Positions 1 through 13,103 of a stretch of 64,000 nucleotides of DNA are shown in pieces (the stretch's first letter is position 1; the number at the start of each line of letters is the position of its first letter). A program made the position numbers and the translations under genes. Below the pieces are notes generated by a model. That model worked only from the letters and a program-made list of their open reading frames with translations. It searched no databases and was not told the origin of the DNA. The DNA comes from Escherichia coli (GTDB lineage Bacteria; Pseudomonadota; Gammaproteobacteria; Enterobacterales; Enterobacteriaceae): assembly GCF_044324875.1 (NCBI RefSeq), contig NZ_CP172185.1. The stretch is one strand, 5' to 3'.

Positions 1-894
<894 letters not shown>

Positions 895-918
895 TAAACT
901 GTAGCAGGAAGGAACAGC

Positions 919-3591
919 ATGACAGATGTAACGATTAAAACGCTGGCCGCAGAGCGACAGACCTCCGTGGAACGCCTGGTACAGCAATTTGCTGATGCAG
1001 GTATCCGGAAGTCTGCTGACGACTCTGTGTCCGCACAAGAGAAACAGACTTTGATTGACCACCTGAATCAGAAAAATTCAGGCCCGGACAAATTGACGCT
1101 GCAACGTAAAACACGCAGCACCCTTAACATTCCTGGTACCGGTGGAAAAAGCAAATCGGTACAAATCGAAGTCCGCAAGAAACGCACCTTTGTGAAACGC
1201 GATCCGCAAGAGGCTGAACGCCTTGCTGCGGAAGAGCAAGCGCAGCGTGAAGCGGAAGAGCAAGCCCGTCGTGAGGCAGAAGAATCGGCTAAACGCGAGG
1301 CGCAACAAAAAGCTGAACGTGAGGCCGCAGAACAAGCTAAGCGTGAAGCTGCTGAACAAGCGAAACGTGAAGCTGCGGAAAAAGACAAAGTGAGCAATCA
1401 ACAAGACGATATGACTAAAAACGCCCAGGCTGAAAAAGCCCGCCGTGAGCAGGAAGCTGCAGAGCTCAAGCGTAAAGCCGAAGAAGAAGCGCGTCGTAAA
1501 CTCGAAGAAGAAGCACGTCGCGTTGCTGAAGAAGCACGTCGTATGGCGGAAGAAAACAAATGGACTGATAACGCGGAACCGACTGAAGATTCCAGCGATT
1601 ATCACGTCACTACTTCTCAACATGCTCGCCAGGCAGAAGACGAAAGCGATCGTGAAGTCGAAGGCGGCCGTGGCCGTGGTCGTAACGCGAAAGCTGCGCG
1701 TCCGAAGAAAGGCAACAAACACGCTGAATCAAAAGCTGATCGTGAAGAAGCACGCGCAGCAGTACGTGGCGGTAAAGGCGGAAAACGTAAAGGTTCTTCG
1801 CTGCAGCAAGGCTTCCAGAAGCCTGCTCAGGCCGTTAACCGTGACGTTGTGATCGGTGAAACCATCACCGTTGGCGAACTGGCGAACAAGATGGCTGTTA
1901 AAGGCTCTCAGGTCATCAAAGCGATGATGAAACTGGGCGCAATGGCAACCATCAACCAGGTTATCGATCAGGAAACCGCACAGCTGGTTGCTGAAGAGAT
2001 GGGCCACAAAGTTATCCTGCGTCGTGAAAACGAGCTGGAAGAAGCGGTAATGAGCGACCGTGACACGGGTGCAGCGGCTGAACCGCGCGCGCCGGTTGTG
2101 ACCATCATGGGTCACGTTGACCACGGTAAAACCTCTCTGCTGGACTACATTCGTTCAACGAAAGTGGCCTCTGGCGAAGCGGGCGGCATTACCCAGCACA
2201 TTGGTGCATACCACGTTGAAACTGAAAACGGCATGATCACCTTCCTGGACACCCCGGGGCACGCCGCGTTTACTTCAATGCGTGCTCGTGGTGCGCAGGC
2301 AACGGACATCGTAGTCCTGGTTGTTGCTGCCGACGACGGCGTAATGCCGCAGACCATCGAAGCAATCCAGCACGCGAAAGCGGCGCAGGTTCCGGTGGTG
2401 GTTGCAGTGAACAAGATCGATAAACCAGAAGCCGATCCGGATCGCGTTAAGAACGAACTCTCCCAGTACGGCATCCTGCCGGAAGAGTGGGGCGGTGAAA
2501 GCCAGTTCGTACATGTGTCTGCGAAAGCGGGTACTGGTATCGATGAGCTGCTGGACGCTATCCTGCTGCAGGCGGAAGTTCTGGAACTGAAAGCGGTACG
2601 TAAAGGTATGGCGAGCGGTGCGGTTATCGAATCCTTCCTCGATAAAGGTCGTGGTCCGGTTGCTACCGTTCTGGTACGTGAAGGTACTCTGCACAAGGGC
2701 GATATCGTTCTGTGTGGCTTCGAATACGGTCGTGTTCGTGCGATGCGTAACGAACTGGGTCAGGAAGTGCTGGAAGCGGGTCCGTCCATTCCGGTGGAAA
2801 TCCTCGGCCTGTCCGGCGTTCCGGCTGCGGGTGATGAAGTTACCGTTGTACGTGACGAGAAGAAAGCGCGTGAAGTTGCACTCTATCGTCAGGGTAAATT
2901 CCGCGAAGTTAAACTGGCGCGTCAGCAGAAATCTAAACTCGAGAACATGTTCGCCAACATGACCGAAGGCGAAGTTCACGAAGTGAATATCGTCCTGAAG
3001 GCAGACGTACAGGGTTCTGTGGAAGCTATCTCCGACTCCTTGCTGAAACTGTCTACTGACGAAGTTAAAGTGAAGATCATCGGTTCTGGCGTAGGTGGTA
3101 TCACCGAAACCGACGCTACCCTGGCTGCGGCGTCCAACGCCATCCTGGTTGGCTTCAACGTACGTGCTGATGCCTCTGCACGTAAAGTGATTGAAGCGGA
3201 AAGCCTGGATCTGCGTTACTACTCCGTCATCTATAACCTGATCGACGAAGTGAAAGCGGCAATGAGCGGTATGCTGTCTCCGGAACTGAAACAGCAGATT
3301 ATCGGTCTGGCGGAAGTTCGTGACGTGTTCAAATCGCCGAAATTTGGTGCCATCGCAGGCTGTATGGTTACCGAAGGTGTGGTTAAACGTCACAACCCGA
3401 TCCGCGTTCTGCGCGACAACGTGGTTATCTACGAAGGCGAGCTGGAGTCCCTGCGCCGCTTCAAAGATGACGTTAACGAAGTCCGTAACGGTATGGAATG
3501 TGGTATCGGCGTTAAGAACTACAACGACGTCCGCACTGGCGATGTGATCGAAGTATTCGAAATCATCGAAATCCAACGTACCATCGCTTAA
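919..3591 (+). CDS. infB: Translation initiation factor IF-2 (890 aa)
   Basis: Full-length ORF with charged repeat N-terminal region and GTPase motifs ([17 protein letters not shown]); good RBS (aggaagg) upstream. Confidence 0.97.
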
Positions 3592-3603
3592 GGTTGTCTG
3601 GGT

Positions 3604-3690
3604 TGTAGGCCGGATAAGGCTTTTACGCCGCATCCGGCAGCCGTTGCCTGATGCGACGCTCGCGCGTCTTATCAGGCCTACACAGCCCTT
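3604..3690. repeat. REP/BIME-type palindromic element (gccggatg / catccggc units)
   Basis: Inverted copies of the canonical REP core (ggccggataaggc...gccgcatccggca, tgcgacgc...gcgtcttatcaggcctaca) in the infB-rbfA spacer. Confidence 0.6.
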
Positions 3691-3712
3691 TCCACCTGAG
3701 ATTAATTTTAAA

Positions 3713-3733
3713 AGGGGCTATGGCCCCTTTTTT
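3713..3733 (+). terminator. Short GC hairpin plus T-tract just upstream of the rbfA RBS (attenuator-like)
   Basis: aggggc-tatg-gcccct followed by tttttt, then caggag RBS and rbfA ATG. Confidence 0.4.
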
Positions 3734-3749
3734 GTCAGGAGAATTTATT

Positions 3750-4151
3750 ATGGCGAAAGAATTTGGTCGCCCGCAGCGCGTAGCGCAGGAAATGCAAAAA
3801 GAGATCGCTCTCATCCTGCAGCGTGAAATTAAAGATCCTCGTCTGGGCATGATGACCACCGTTTCCGGTGTCGAAATGTCTCGTGACCTGGCGTATGCCA
3901 AAGTATATGTAACGTTCCTCAACGACAAAGATGAAGACGCGGTTAAAGCGGGCATCAAAGCGTTGCAGGAAGCTTCTGGTTTCATCCGCAGCCTGCTGGG
4001 GAAAGCGATGCGCCTGCGTATCGTGCCGGAACTGACCTTCTTCTACGACAACTCGCTGGTTGAAGGGATGCGCATGTCAAACCTGGTGACCAGCGTGGTC
4101 AAACATGACGAAGAACGTCGTGTTAACCCGGACGACAGCAAGGAGGACTAA
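3750..4151 (+). CDS. rbfA: Ribosome-binding factor A (133 aa)
   Basis: Translation [23 protein letters not shown]... matches RbfA; the track ORF starts upstream at 3651 but an internal ATG with RBS gives the canonical length. Confidence 0.93.
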
Positions 4152-5095
4152 TGAGTCGTCCTCGTCGTCGCGGTCGCGACATTAACGGCGTGTTGTTGCT
4201 GGATAAACCGCAGGGTATGTCCAGCAACGATGCGCTGCAAAAAGTGAAACGGATTTATAACGCCAACCGTGCCGGGCATACCGGTGCGCTGGACCCGCTG
4301 GCGACCGGCATGTTGCCGATTTGCCTCGGGGAAGCGACGAAGTTTTCCCAGTACCTGCTGGACTCCGACAAACGCTATCGGGTCATTGCGCGTCTTGGAC
4401 AGCGTACCGATACGTCTGACGCCGATGGACAAATCGTTGAAGAACGTCCGGTAACCTTTAGCGCAGAGCAACTGGCGGCGGCACTGGATACTTTCCGTGG
4501 CGATATCGAACAGATCCCATCGATGTATTCAGCACTGAAATACCAGGGCAAAAAACTGTACGAATATGCGCGTCAGGGCATTGAAGTACCGCGTGAAGCG
4601 CGCCCGATTACCGTTTATGAATTGCTGTTTATTCGCCACGAAGGCAATGAGCTGGAGCTGGAAATTCACTGCTCAAAAGGCACTTATATCCGCACCATTA
4701 TTGATGACCTGGGTGAAAAACTCGGTTGTGGCGCGCATGTTATTTACCTGCGTCGTCTGGCGGTAAGTAAATATCCGGTTGAACGGATGGTGACCCTGGA
4801 ACATCTGCGTGAACTGGTTGAACAAGCCGAACAGCAGAATATTCCAGCCGCGGAGTTACTTGATCCATTACTGATGCCAATGGACAGTCCAGCTTCGGAC
4901 TACCCGGTGGTGAATCTTCCGTTAACGTCTTCTGTTTACTTCAAAAATGGTAACCCGGTTCGTACATCCGGTGCGCCGCTGGAAGGACTGGTTCGCGTTA
5001 CAGAAGGTGAGAACGGCAAGTTTATCGGTATGGGCGAAATTGACGATGAAGGCCGCGTCGCGCCTCGTCGCCTGGTGGTTGAATACCCGGCGTAA
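4151..5095 (+). CDS. truB: tRNA pseudouridine-55 synthase TruB (314 aa)
   Basis: Translation matches TruB; start overlaps rbfA stop (ATGA). Confidence 0.95.
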   Translation: MSRPRRRGRDINGVLLLDKPQGMSSNDALQKVKRIYNANRAGHTGALDPLATGMLPICLGEATKFSQYLLDSDKRYRVIARLGQRTDTSDADGQIVEERPVTFSAEQLAAALDTFRGDIEQIPSMYSALKYQGKKLYEYARQGIEVPREARPITVYELLFIRHEGNELELEIHCSKGTYIRTIIDDLGEKLGCGAHVIYLRRLAVSKYPVERMVTLEHLRELVEQAEQQNIPAAELLDPLLMPMDSPASDYPVVNLPLTSSVYFKNGNPVRTSGAPLEGLVRVTEGENGKFIGMGEIDDEGRVAPRRLVVEYPA

Positions 5096-5106
5096 TGTTA
5101 ACCGTC

Positions 5107-5135
5107 TTGCGATAACAGGTCGCTACGAGTAGAAT
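5107..5135 (+). promoter_or_regulatory. Sigma70-type promoter candidate for rpsO (TTGCGA-N17-TAGAAT)
   Basis: Near-consensus -35/-10 hexamers with 17-bp spacing about 110 bp upstream of the rpsO ATG, overlapping the truB 3-prime end. Confidence 0.5.
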
Positions 5136-5147
5136 ACTGCCGCTTAA

Positions 5148-5513
<366 letters not shown>

Positions 5514-5529
5514 TTCTTGCGAGTTTCAG

Positions 5530-5703
5530 AAAAGGGGGCCTGAGTGGCCCCTTTTTTCAAGCTGACGGCAGCAATTCACTGGAAACTAATGTATTGTTGC
5601 TATGAATGATCTTCCGTTGCAGAGGTTCGCGCGGCTAATGAGAGGCTTTACCCACATTGGGCTGGGTTAGGGTTGTCATTAGTCGCGAGGATGCGCAGAA
5701 GAT
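5530..5703 (-). ncRNA. sraG: Antisense sRNA SraG (PsrO) in the rpsO-pnp spacer; position approximate
   Basis: Placement is from recalled K-12 synteny (SraG lies opposite the rpsO-pnp intergenic region); not verified from sequence signals. Confidence 0.4.
5532..5558 (+). terminator. rpsO intrinsic terminator
   Basis: gggggcc-tgagt-ggcccc hairpin followed by tttttt immediately after the rpsO stop. Confidence 0.7.
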
Positions 5704-5759
5704 CGGGTATTAACACCAGTGCCGTAAGGTACTGTCTAAGAAAGAGAAAGGATATTACA

Positions 5760-7895
5760 TTGCTTAATCCGATCGTTCGTAAATTCCAGTACGGCCAACA
5801 CACCGTGACTCTGGAAACCGGCATGATGGCTCGTCAGGCTACTGCCGCTGTTATGGTTAGCATGGATGACACCGCGGTATTCGTTACCGTTGTTGGCCAG
5901 AAAAAAGCCAAACCAGGTCAGGACTTCTTCCCACTGACCGTTAACTATCAGGAGCGTACCTACGCTGCTGGTCGTATCCCGGGTAGCTTCTTCCGTCGTG
6001 AAGGCCGCCCAAGCGAAGGCGAAACGCTGATCGCGCGTCTGATTGACCGCCCGATTCGCCCGCTGTTCCCGGAAGGTTTCGTCAACGAAGTTCAGGTTAT
6101 CGCCACCGTGGTTTCTGTTAACCCGCAGGTTAACCCGGATATCGTCGCGATGATTGGTGCTTCCGCAGCACTGTCTCTGTCTGGTATTCCGTTCAATGGT
6201 CCGATTGGTGCTGCCCGCGTAGGTTACATCAATGACCAGTACGTACTGAACCCGACTCAGGACGAGCTGAAAGAGAGCAAACTGGATCTGGTTGTTGCGG
6301 GTACTGAAGCCGCTGTACTGATGGTTGAATCTGAAGCTGAACTGCTGAGCGAAGACCAGATGCTGGGCGCAGTAGTGTTCGGTCATGAACAACAGCAGGT
6401 TGTTATTCAGAACATCAATGAACTGGTGAAAGAAGCCGGTAAACCGCGTTGGGACTGGCAGCCGGAGCCGGTAAACGAAGCGCTGAACGCGCGCGTTGCT
6501 GCACTGGCTGAAGCTCGTCTGAGCGATGCTTACCGCATCACCGACAAACAAGAGCGTTATGCGCAGGTTGATGTCATCAAATCTGAAACCATCGCGACGC
6601 TGCTTGCTGAAGATGAAACCCTGGACGAAAACGAACTGGGTGAAATTCTGCACGCTATCGAGAAAAACGTTGTTCGTAGCCGCGTACTGGCAGGCGAACC
6701 GCGTATCGACGGTCGTGAAAAAGATATGATTCGTGGTCTGGATGTGCGTACTGGCGTGCTGCCGCGTACTCACGGTTCTGCGCTGTTCACCCGTGGTGAA
6801 ACGCAGGCACTGGTTACTGCAACGCTGGGTACCGCTCGTGACGCACAGGTTCTTGATGAACTGATGGGCGAACGTACCGACACCTTCCTGTTCCACTACA
6901 ACTTCCCTCCGTACTCCGTAGGCGAAACCGGCATGGTCGGTTCTCCGAAGCGTCGTGAAATTGGTCACGGTCGTCTGGCGAAGCGCGGCGTGCTGGCAGT
7001 CATGCCGGATATGGACAAATTCCCGTATACCGTACGTGTGGTGTCTGAAATCACTGAATCCAACGGTTCTTCTTCTATGGCTTCCGTGTGCGGCGCGTCT
7101 CTGGCGCTGATGGACGCAGGTGTGCCAATCAAAGCTGCCGTTGCGGGTATCGCAATGGGTCTGGTGAAAGAAGGCGACAACTACGTTGTACTGTCTGACA
7201 TTTTGGGCGACGAAGATCACCTGGGCGATATGGACTTCAAAGTTGCGGGTTCCCGCGACGGTATCTCTGCATTGCAGATGGATATCAAAATTGAAGGTAT
7301 CACCAAAGAGATCATGCAGGTTGCACTGAACCAGGCTAAAGGTGCGCGTCTGCATATCCTGGGCGTAATGGAACAGGCGATCAACGCGCCGCGCGGCGAT
7401 ATCTCTGAGTTCGCTCCGCGTATCCATACCATCAAGATCAACCCGGACAAGATCAAAGACGTTATCGGTAAAGGCGGTTCTGTTATCCGTGCTCTGACCG
7501 AAGAAACTGGCACCACCATCGAAATCGAAGATGACGGTACTGTGAAAATCGCAGCGACCGACGGCGAGAAAGCGAAACATGCTATTCGTCGTATCGAAGA
7601 GATCACTGCAGAAATCGAAGTGGGCCGCGTCTACAATGGTAAAGTGACCCGTATCGTTGACTTTGGCGCATTTGTTGCCATCGGTGGCGGTAAAGAAGGT
7701 TTGGTACACATCTCTCAGATCGCTGACAAACGCGTTGAGAAAGTGACCGATTACCTGCAGATGGGTCAGGAAGTACCGGTGAAAGTTCTGGAAGTTGATC
7801 GCCAGGGCCGTATCCGTCTGAGCATTAAAGAAGCGACTGAGCAGTCTCAACCTGCTGCAGCACCGGAAGCTCCGGCTGCTGAACAGGGCGAGTAA
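5760..7895 (+). CDS. pnp: Polynucleotide phosphorylase (711 aa, UUG start)
   Basis: Translation from TTG at 5760 ([20 protein letters not shown]...) matches PNPase with RNase PH, KH and S1 domains; upstream in-frame extension of the track ORF is the leader. Confidence 0.93.
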   Translation: MLNPIVRKFQYGQHTVTLETGMMARQATAAVMVSMDDTAVFVTVVGQKKAKPGQDFFPLTVNYQERTYAAGRIPGSFFRREGRPSEGETLIARLIDRPIRPLFPEGFVNEVQVIATVVSVNPQVNPDIVAMIGASAALSLSGIPFNGPIGAARVGYINDQYVLNPTQDELKESKLDLVVAGTEAAVLMVESEAELLSEDQMLGAVVFGHEQQQVVIQNINELVKEAGKPRWDWQPEPVNEALNARVAALAEARLSDAYRITDKQERYAQVDVIKSETIATLLAEDETLDENELGEILHAIEKNVVRSRVLAGEPRIDGREKDMIRGLDVRTGVLPRTHGSALFTRGETQALVTATLGTARDAQVLDELMGERTDTFLFHYNFPPYSVGETGMVGSPKRREIGHGRLAKRGVLAVMPDMDKFPYTVRVVSEITESNGSSSMASVCGASLALMDAGVPIKAAVAGIAMGLVKEGDNYVVLSDILGDEDHLGDMDFKVAGSRDGISALQMDIKIEGITKEIMQVALNQAKGARLHILGVMEQAINAPRGDISEFAPRIHTIKINPDKIKDVIGKGGSVIRALTEETGTTIEIEDDGTVKIAATDGEKAKHAIRRIEEITAEIEVGRVYNGKVTRIVDFGAFVAIGGGKEGLVHISQIADKRVEKVTDYLQMGQEVPVKVLEVDRQGRIRLSIKEATEQSQPAAAPEAPAAEQGE

Positions 7896-7905
7896 GGTTG
7901 CCATT

Positions 7906-7935
7906 TGCCCTCCGCTGCGGCGGGGGGCTTTTAAC
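7906..7935 (+). terminator. Putative intrinsic terminator downstream of pnp
   Basis: GC-rich stem (ccctccgc...gcggggggc) followed by tttt after the pnp stop. Confidence 0.5.
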
Positions 7936-8003
7936 CGGGCAGGACGCCTTGTTAGCAACCGGGAACAGGACGTTCATTCAACCGTGGTCTTCGGGAGTGG
8001 GAA

Positions 8004-8888
8004 ATGAAGCCTTTTTTGCGCTGGTGTTTCGTTGCGACAGCACTTACGCTTGCAGGATGCAGTAATACTTCCTGGCGTAAAAGTGAAGTCCTCGCGGTAC
8101 CATTGCAACCGACTTTACAGCAGGAAGTGATTCTGGCACGTATGGAACAAATCCTTGCCAGTCGGGCTTTAACCGATGACGAACGCGCACAGCTTTTATA
8201 TGAGCGCGGAGTGTTGTATGATAGTCTCGGTCTGAGGGCATTAGCGCGTAACGATTTTTCGCAAGCGCTGGCAATCCGACCGGATATGCCTGAAGTATTC
8301 AATTACTTAGGCATATATTTAACGCAGGCAGGCAATTTTGATGCTGCCTATGAAGCGTTTGATTCTGTACTTGAGCTTGATCCAACTTACAACTACGCGC
8401 ACTTGAATCGCGGGATCGCATTATATTACGGCGGTCGTGACAAGTTAGCGCAAGATGATCTGCTGGCGTTTTATCAAGACGATCCCAATGATCCTTTCCG
8501 TAGTCTGTGGCTTTATCTCGCCGAGCAGAAGCTCGATGAGAAGCAGGCTAAAGAAGTGTTGAAACAGCACTTCGAAAAATCGGATAAGGAACAGTGGGGA
8601 TGGAACATTGTCGAGTTCTACCTGGGCAACATTAGCGAACAAACGTTAATGGAAAGGCTCAAGGCGGACGCAACGGATAACACCTCGCTCGCTGAGCATC
8701 TCAGTGAAACCAACTTCTATTTAGGTAAGTACTACCTAAGTCTGGGGGATTTGGACAGCGCCACGGCACTGTTCAAACTGGCGGTTGCCAACAACGTTCA
8801 TAACTTTGTTGAGCACCGATACGCATTGTTGGAATTATCGCTCCTGGGCCAGGACCAAGATGACCTGGCAGAATCGGACCAGCAATAG
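8004..8888 (+). CDS. nlpI: Lipoprotein NlpI (TPR-repeat, 294 aa)
   Basis: Lipobox LTLAGC near the N-terminus and TPR-like repeats; matches NlpI. Confidence 0.95.
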
Positions 8889-9067
8889 CTGACGTACACA
8901 TCAGCCCGTAATCTTTTTTGATTGCCATCACCTTAACGGGTGAGGGCGTTGTTGTTCGTTAATACACCTACTTTGAGCCGGTTCACACTTTTCAATGAAA
9001 ATTGCTGATCAATTTCATGATGAGTTATGTAGACTGGCCGCCATTAATTTTGAGGCACACGTACTAC

Positions 9068-10957
9068 ATGGCTGAATTCGAAACCACTTTTGCAGATCTG
9101 GGCCTGAAGGCTCCTATCCTTGAAGCCCTTAACGATCTGGGTTACGAAAAACCATCTCCAATTCAGGCAGAGTGTATTCCACATCTGCTGAATGGCCGCG
9201 ACGTTCTGGGTATGGCCCAGACGGGGAGCGGAAAAACTGCAGCATTCTCTTTACCTCTGCTGCAGAATCTTGATCCTGAGCTGAAAGCACCACAGATTCT
9301 GGTGTTGGCACCGACCCGCGAACTGGCGGTACAGGTTGCTGAGGCAATGACGGATTTCTCTAAACACATGCGCGGCGTAAACGTGGTTGCCCTGTACGGC
9401 GGCCAGCGTTATGACGTGCAATTACGCGCCCTGCGTCAGGGGCCGCAGATCGTTGTCGGTACTCCGGGCCGTCTGCTGGACCACCTGAAACGTGGCACTC
9501 TGGACCTCTCTAAACTGAGCGGTCTGGTTCTGGATGAAGCTGACGAAATGCTGCGCATGGGCTTCATCGAAGACGTTGAAACTATTATGGCGCAGATCCC
9601 GGAAGGTCATCAGACCGCTCTGTTCTCTGCAACCATGCCGGAAGCGATTCGTCGTATTACCCGCCGCTTTATGAAAGAGCCGCAGGAAGTGCGCATTCAG
9701 TCCAGCGTGACTACCCGTCCTGACATCAGCCAGAGCTACTGGACTGTTTGGGGTATGCGTAAAAACGAAGCACTGGTACGTTTCCTGGAAGCGGAAGATT
9801 TTGATGCGGCGATTATCTTCGTTCGTACCAAAAACGCGACTCTGGAAGTGGCAGAAGCTCTTGAGCGTAACGGCTACAATAGCGCCGCGCTGAACGGTGA
9901 CATGAACCAGGCGCTGCGTGAGCAGACACTGGAACGACTGAAAGATGGTCGTCTGGACATCCTGATTGCGACCGACGTTGCGGCCCGTGGCCTGGACGTT
10001 GAGCGTATCAGCCTGGTAGTTAACTACGATATCCCGATGGATTCTGAGTCTTACGTTCACCGTATCGGTCGTACTGGTCGTGCGGGCCGTGCTGGCCGTG
10101 CGCTGCTGTTCGTTGAGAACCGTGAGCGTCGTCTGCTGCGTAACATTGAACGCACCATGAAGCTGACCATTCCGGAAGTTGAACTGCCGAACGCAGAACT
10201 GCTGGGCAAACGTCGTCTGGAAAAATTCGCCGCTAAAGTACAGCAGCAGCTGGAAAGCAGCGATCTGGATCAATACCGTGCACTGCTGAGCAAAATTCAG
10301 CCGACTGCAGAAGGTGAAGAGCTGGATCTCGAAACTCTGGCCGCCGCATTGCTGAAAATGGCACAGGGTGAACGTACTCTGATTGTTCCGCCAGATGCGC
10401 CGATGCGTCCGAAACGTGAATTCCGTGACCGTGATGACCGTGGTCCGCGCGATCGTAACGACCGTGGCCCGCGTGGTGACCGTGAAGATCGTCCGCGTCG
10501 TGAACGTCGTGATGTTGGCGATATGCAGCTGTACCGCATTGAAGTGGGCCGCGATGATGGTGTTGAAGTTCGTCATATCGTTGGCGCGATTGCTAACGAA
10601 GGCGACATCAGCAGCCGTTACATCGGTAACATCAAGCTGTTTGCTTCTCACTCCACCATCGAACTGCCGAAAGGTATGCCGGGTGAAGTACTGCAACACT
10701 TTACGCGCACTCGCATTCTCAACAAGCCGATGAACATGCAGTTACTGGGCGATGCACAGCCGCATACTGGCGGTGAGCGTCGTGGCGGTGGTCGTGGTTT
10801 CAGTGGCGAACGTCGTGAAGGCGGTCGTAACTTCAGCGGTGAACGCCGTGAAGGTGGTCGTGGTGATGGTCGTCGTTTTAGCGGCGAACGTCGTGAAGGC
10901 CGCGCTCCGCGTCGTGATGACTCTACCGGTCGTCGTCGTTTCGGTGGTGATGCGTAA
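9068..10957 (+). CDS. deaD: Cold-shock DEAD-box RNA helicase DeaD/CsdA (629 aa)
   Basis: Q-motif, [15 protein letters not shown] and [10 protein letters not shown] motifs; Arg/Gly-rich C-terminal repeats; canonical start [13 protein letters not shown] at an internal ATG of the track ORF. Confidence 0.93.
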
Positions 10958-10982
10958 TCATCGCTGAACAGCGAACACAATC

Positions 10983-11000
10983 TGTAAAATAATATATACA
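10983..11000. promoter_or_regulatory. TyrR-box-like palindrome (TGTAAA-N6-TATACA) upstream of mtr
   Basis: Matches the TyrR box consensus TGTAAA-N6-TTTACA with one mismatch; mtr is a known TyrR/TrpR target. Confidence 0.45.
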
Positions 11001-11030
11001 GCCCCGATTTTTACCATCGGGGCTTTTTTT
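11001..11030 (+). terminator. deaD intrinsic terminator
   Basis: gccccgat...atcggggc hairpin followed by ttttttt. Confidence 0.7.
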
Positions 11031-11039
11031 CTGTCTTTT

Positions 11040-11057
11040 GTACTCGTGTACTGGTAC
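11040..11057. promoter_or_regulatory. TrpR operator-like palindrome (GTACTCGTGTACTGGTAC) in the mtr promoter
   Basis: Resembles the trp operator half-sites (GTACT...AGTAC); located about 55 bp upstream of the mtr ATG. Confidence 0.5.
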
Positions 11058-11110
11058 AGTGCAATGCATAACAACGCAGTCGCACTATTTTTCACTGGAG
11101 AGAAGCCCTC

Positions 11111-12355
11111 ATGGCAACACTAACCACCACCCAAACGTCACCGTCGCTGCTTGGCGGCGTGGTGATTATCGGCGGCACCATTATTGGCGCAGGGATGTTT
11201 TCTCTGCCTGTGGTCATGTCCGGGGCGTGGTTCTTCTGGTCAATGGCGGCGCTGATCTTTACCTGGTTCTGTATGCTGCATTCCGGCTTGATGATTCTGG
11301 AAGCTAACCTGAATTACCGAATCGGTTCGAGTTTTGACACCATCACCAAAGATTTGCTGGGCAAAGGTTGGAACGTAGTCAACGGCATTTCCATTGCCTT
11401 TGTGCTCTATATCCTGACTTACGCCTATATTTCTGCCAGCGGTTCGATTCTGCATCACACCTTCGCGGAGATGTCGCTGAACGTCCCTGCACGGGCAGCT
11501 GGATTTGGTTTTGCACTACTGGTGGCGTTTGTGGTGTGGTTGAGCACCAAAGCGGTCAGCCGGATGACGGCGATTGTGCTGGGGGCGAAAGTCATTACGT
11601 TTTTCCTCACCTTCGGTAGCCTGCTGGGACATGTGCAGCCTGCGACATTGTTCAACGTCGCCGAAAGCAATGCGTCTTATGCACCGTATCTGCTGATGAC
11701 GCTGCCATTCTGTCTGGCATCGTTTGGTTATCACGGTAACGTGCCGAGCCTGATGAAGTATTACGGCAAAGATCCGAAAACCATCGTGAAATGCCTGGTG
11801 TACGGTACGCTGATGGCGCTGGCGCTGTATACCATCTGGTTGCTGGCGACGATGGGCAACATCCCTCGTCCGGAGTTTATCGGCATCGCCGAGAAGGGCG
11901 GTAATATTGATGTGCTGGTACAGGCGTTAAGCGGCGTGCTGAACAGCCGTAGCCTGGATCTTCTGCTGGTTGTGTTCTCAAACTTTGCGGTAGCGAGTTC
12001 GTTCCTTGGCGTAACGCTGGGTTTGTTTGACTATCTGGCAGATCTGTTTGGTTTCGATGACTCGGCTATGGGCCGCTTGAAAACAGCATTGTTGACCTTT
12101 GCACCGCCTGTTGTGGGTGGTTTGCTGTTCCCGAACGGATTCCTGTACGCCATTGGTTATGCTGGCTTAGCGGCTACCATCTGGGCGGCAATCGTTCCGG
12201 CGCTGCTGGCCCGCGCATCGCGTAAACGCTTTGGTAGCCCGAAATTCCGCGTCTGGGGCGGCAAGCCGATGATTGCGCTGATTCTGGTGTTTGGCGTCGG
12301 TAACGCACTGGTGCATATTTTATCGAGCTTTAATTTGCTGCCGGTGTATCAGTAA
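11111..12355 (+). CDS. mtr: Tryptophan-specific permease Mtr (414 aa)
   Basis: Polytopic membrane protein of the aromatic amino acid permease family; translation matches Mtr. Confidence 0.95.
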   Translation: MATLTTTQTSPSLLGGVVIIGGTIIGAGMFSLPVVMSGAWFFWSMAALIFTWFCMLHSGLMILEANLNYRIGSSFDTITKDLLGKGWNVVNGISIAFVLYILTYAYISASGSILHHTFAEMSLNVPARAAGFGFALLVAFVVWLSTKAVSRMTAIVLGAKVITFFLTFGSLLGHVQPATLFNVAESNASYAPYLLMTLPFCLASFGYHGNVPSLMKYYGKDPKTIVKCLVYGTLMALALYTIWLLATMGNIPRPEFIGIAEKGGNIDVLVQALSGVLNSRSLDLLLVVFSNFAVASSFLGVTLGLFDYLADLFGFDDSAMGRLKTALLTFAPPVVGGLLFPNGFLYAIGYAGLAATIWAAIVPALLARASRKRFGSPKFRVWGGKPMIALILVFGVGNALVHILSSFNLLPVYQ

Positions 12356-12415
12356 TTGAACGAGCCGGATGAGCAGTTTTCATCCGGCAATAATTCACAA
12401 GTACACGAGATGGTA

Positions 12416-12946
12416 TCAAATAAACCCCTGTTTATTATAAAGTTCTTCAGCGAGAGCTTCCCCGTGCTCATCGAAAAAAGCATCGGCGATAGTTAAATTT
12501 TCTGCCTTAGGATTTGCCGTTATTTTGCTACCATTGGCATCAAATTCGAGCGCGATAGCGGTCTCCGAACCCCACCAGTAATAATAAATTAGCGCAAAAT
12601 TATTTTCCCCTGGCGTAATAAACTTCTCGATTCCCCGCACACAGGCCATGAGTGGCATGAAGATTTCATAGCTCTCTGAGAGAAATATGTGATCCATCGT
12701 GACTATCTGTGTTTCTTTATTAAAGTTGATATGTTCGGCATAAATATTCTTTTCACTTTCACCAGAATTACAAGCTGCAAGATTGTTAAGCATTTTTGCA
12801 GGATCGCCGTACAACCGCTGCTTCTCGATAAACCATGGCAACCAGTCGTCATGGTCTTTGATATTTGTTGCTGGTGAATGGAAAAACTTCTCGAGGTTAC
12901 TCTCGGTAATATGTGCATGAAGAAAAAAGGAAGCCGGTTCACTCAT
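12416..12946 (-). CDS. Hypothetical acidic cytoplasmic protein (176 aa), not recognised
   Basis: Intact ORF with no signal peptide or TM segment; sits in a segment I do not recall from the K-12 mtr-yhbW junction; no family assignment possible by eye. Confidence 0.6.
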   Translation of the reverse strand: MSEPASFFLHAHITESNLEKFFHSPATNIKDHDDWLPWFIEKQRLYGDPAKMLNNLAACNSGESEKNIYAEHINFNKETQIVTMDHIFLSESYEIFMPLMACVRGIEKFITPGENNFALIYYYWWGSETAIALEFDANGSKITANPKAENLTIADAFFDEHGEALAEELYNKQGFI

Positions 12947-13103
12947 AATGATTTTCTCTGGTAATAAGTCGATTTGTTCATTTCTCTGTTTGGCGATGAT
13001 AAAACGATGACTATTTTATAAAAGTACAGAACTGGACCTTTCATCTATTTCATATCATAAGAAAATATATACTTGAACTGGCTCAGAATAAGCGGAATAC
13101 GAA

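Noticed and set aside
1068-1852. Several overlapping ORFs on both strands in the infB N-terminal repeat region
   Set aside because: They arise from the GAA/GCx-rich tandem repeats encoding the charged IF2 N-terminal region; the real gene is infB.
2275-3633. 452-aa ORF antisense to infB
   Set aside because: Antisense shadow ORF of infB; translation is low-complexity and unrecognisable.
5736-7958. 740-aa ORF antisense to pnp
   Set aside because: Fully contained in and opposite to the well-supported pnp gene; long stop-free antisense frames are a common artefact of GC-rich third codon positions. No RBS or recognisable domain.
9422-10699. 425-aa ORF antisense to deaD
   Set aside because: Antisense shadow ORF inside deaD.
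10740-10957. Arg/Gly-rich tandem repeats at the deaD 3-prime end as a possible separate element
   Set aside because: In frame within deaD and consistent with the known RGG-type C-terminal extension of DeaD; not independent.
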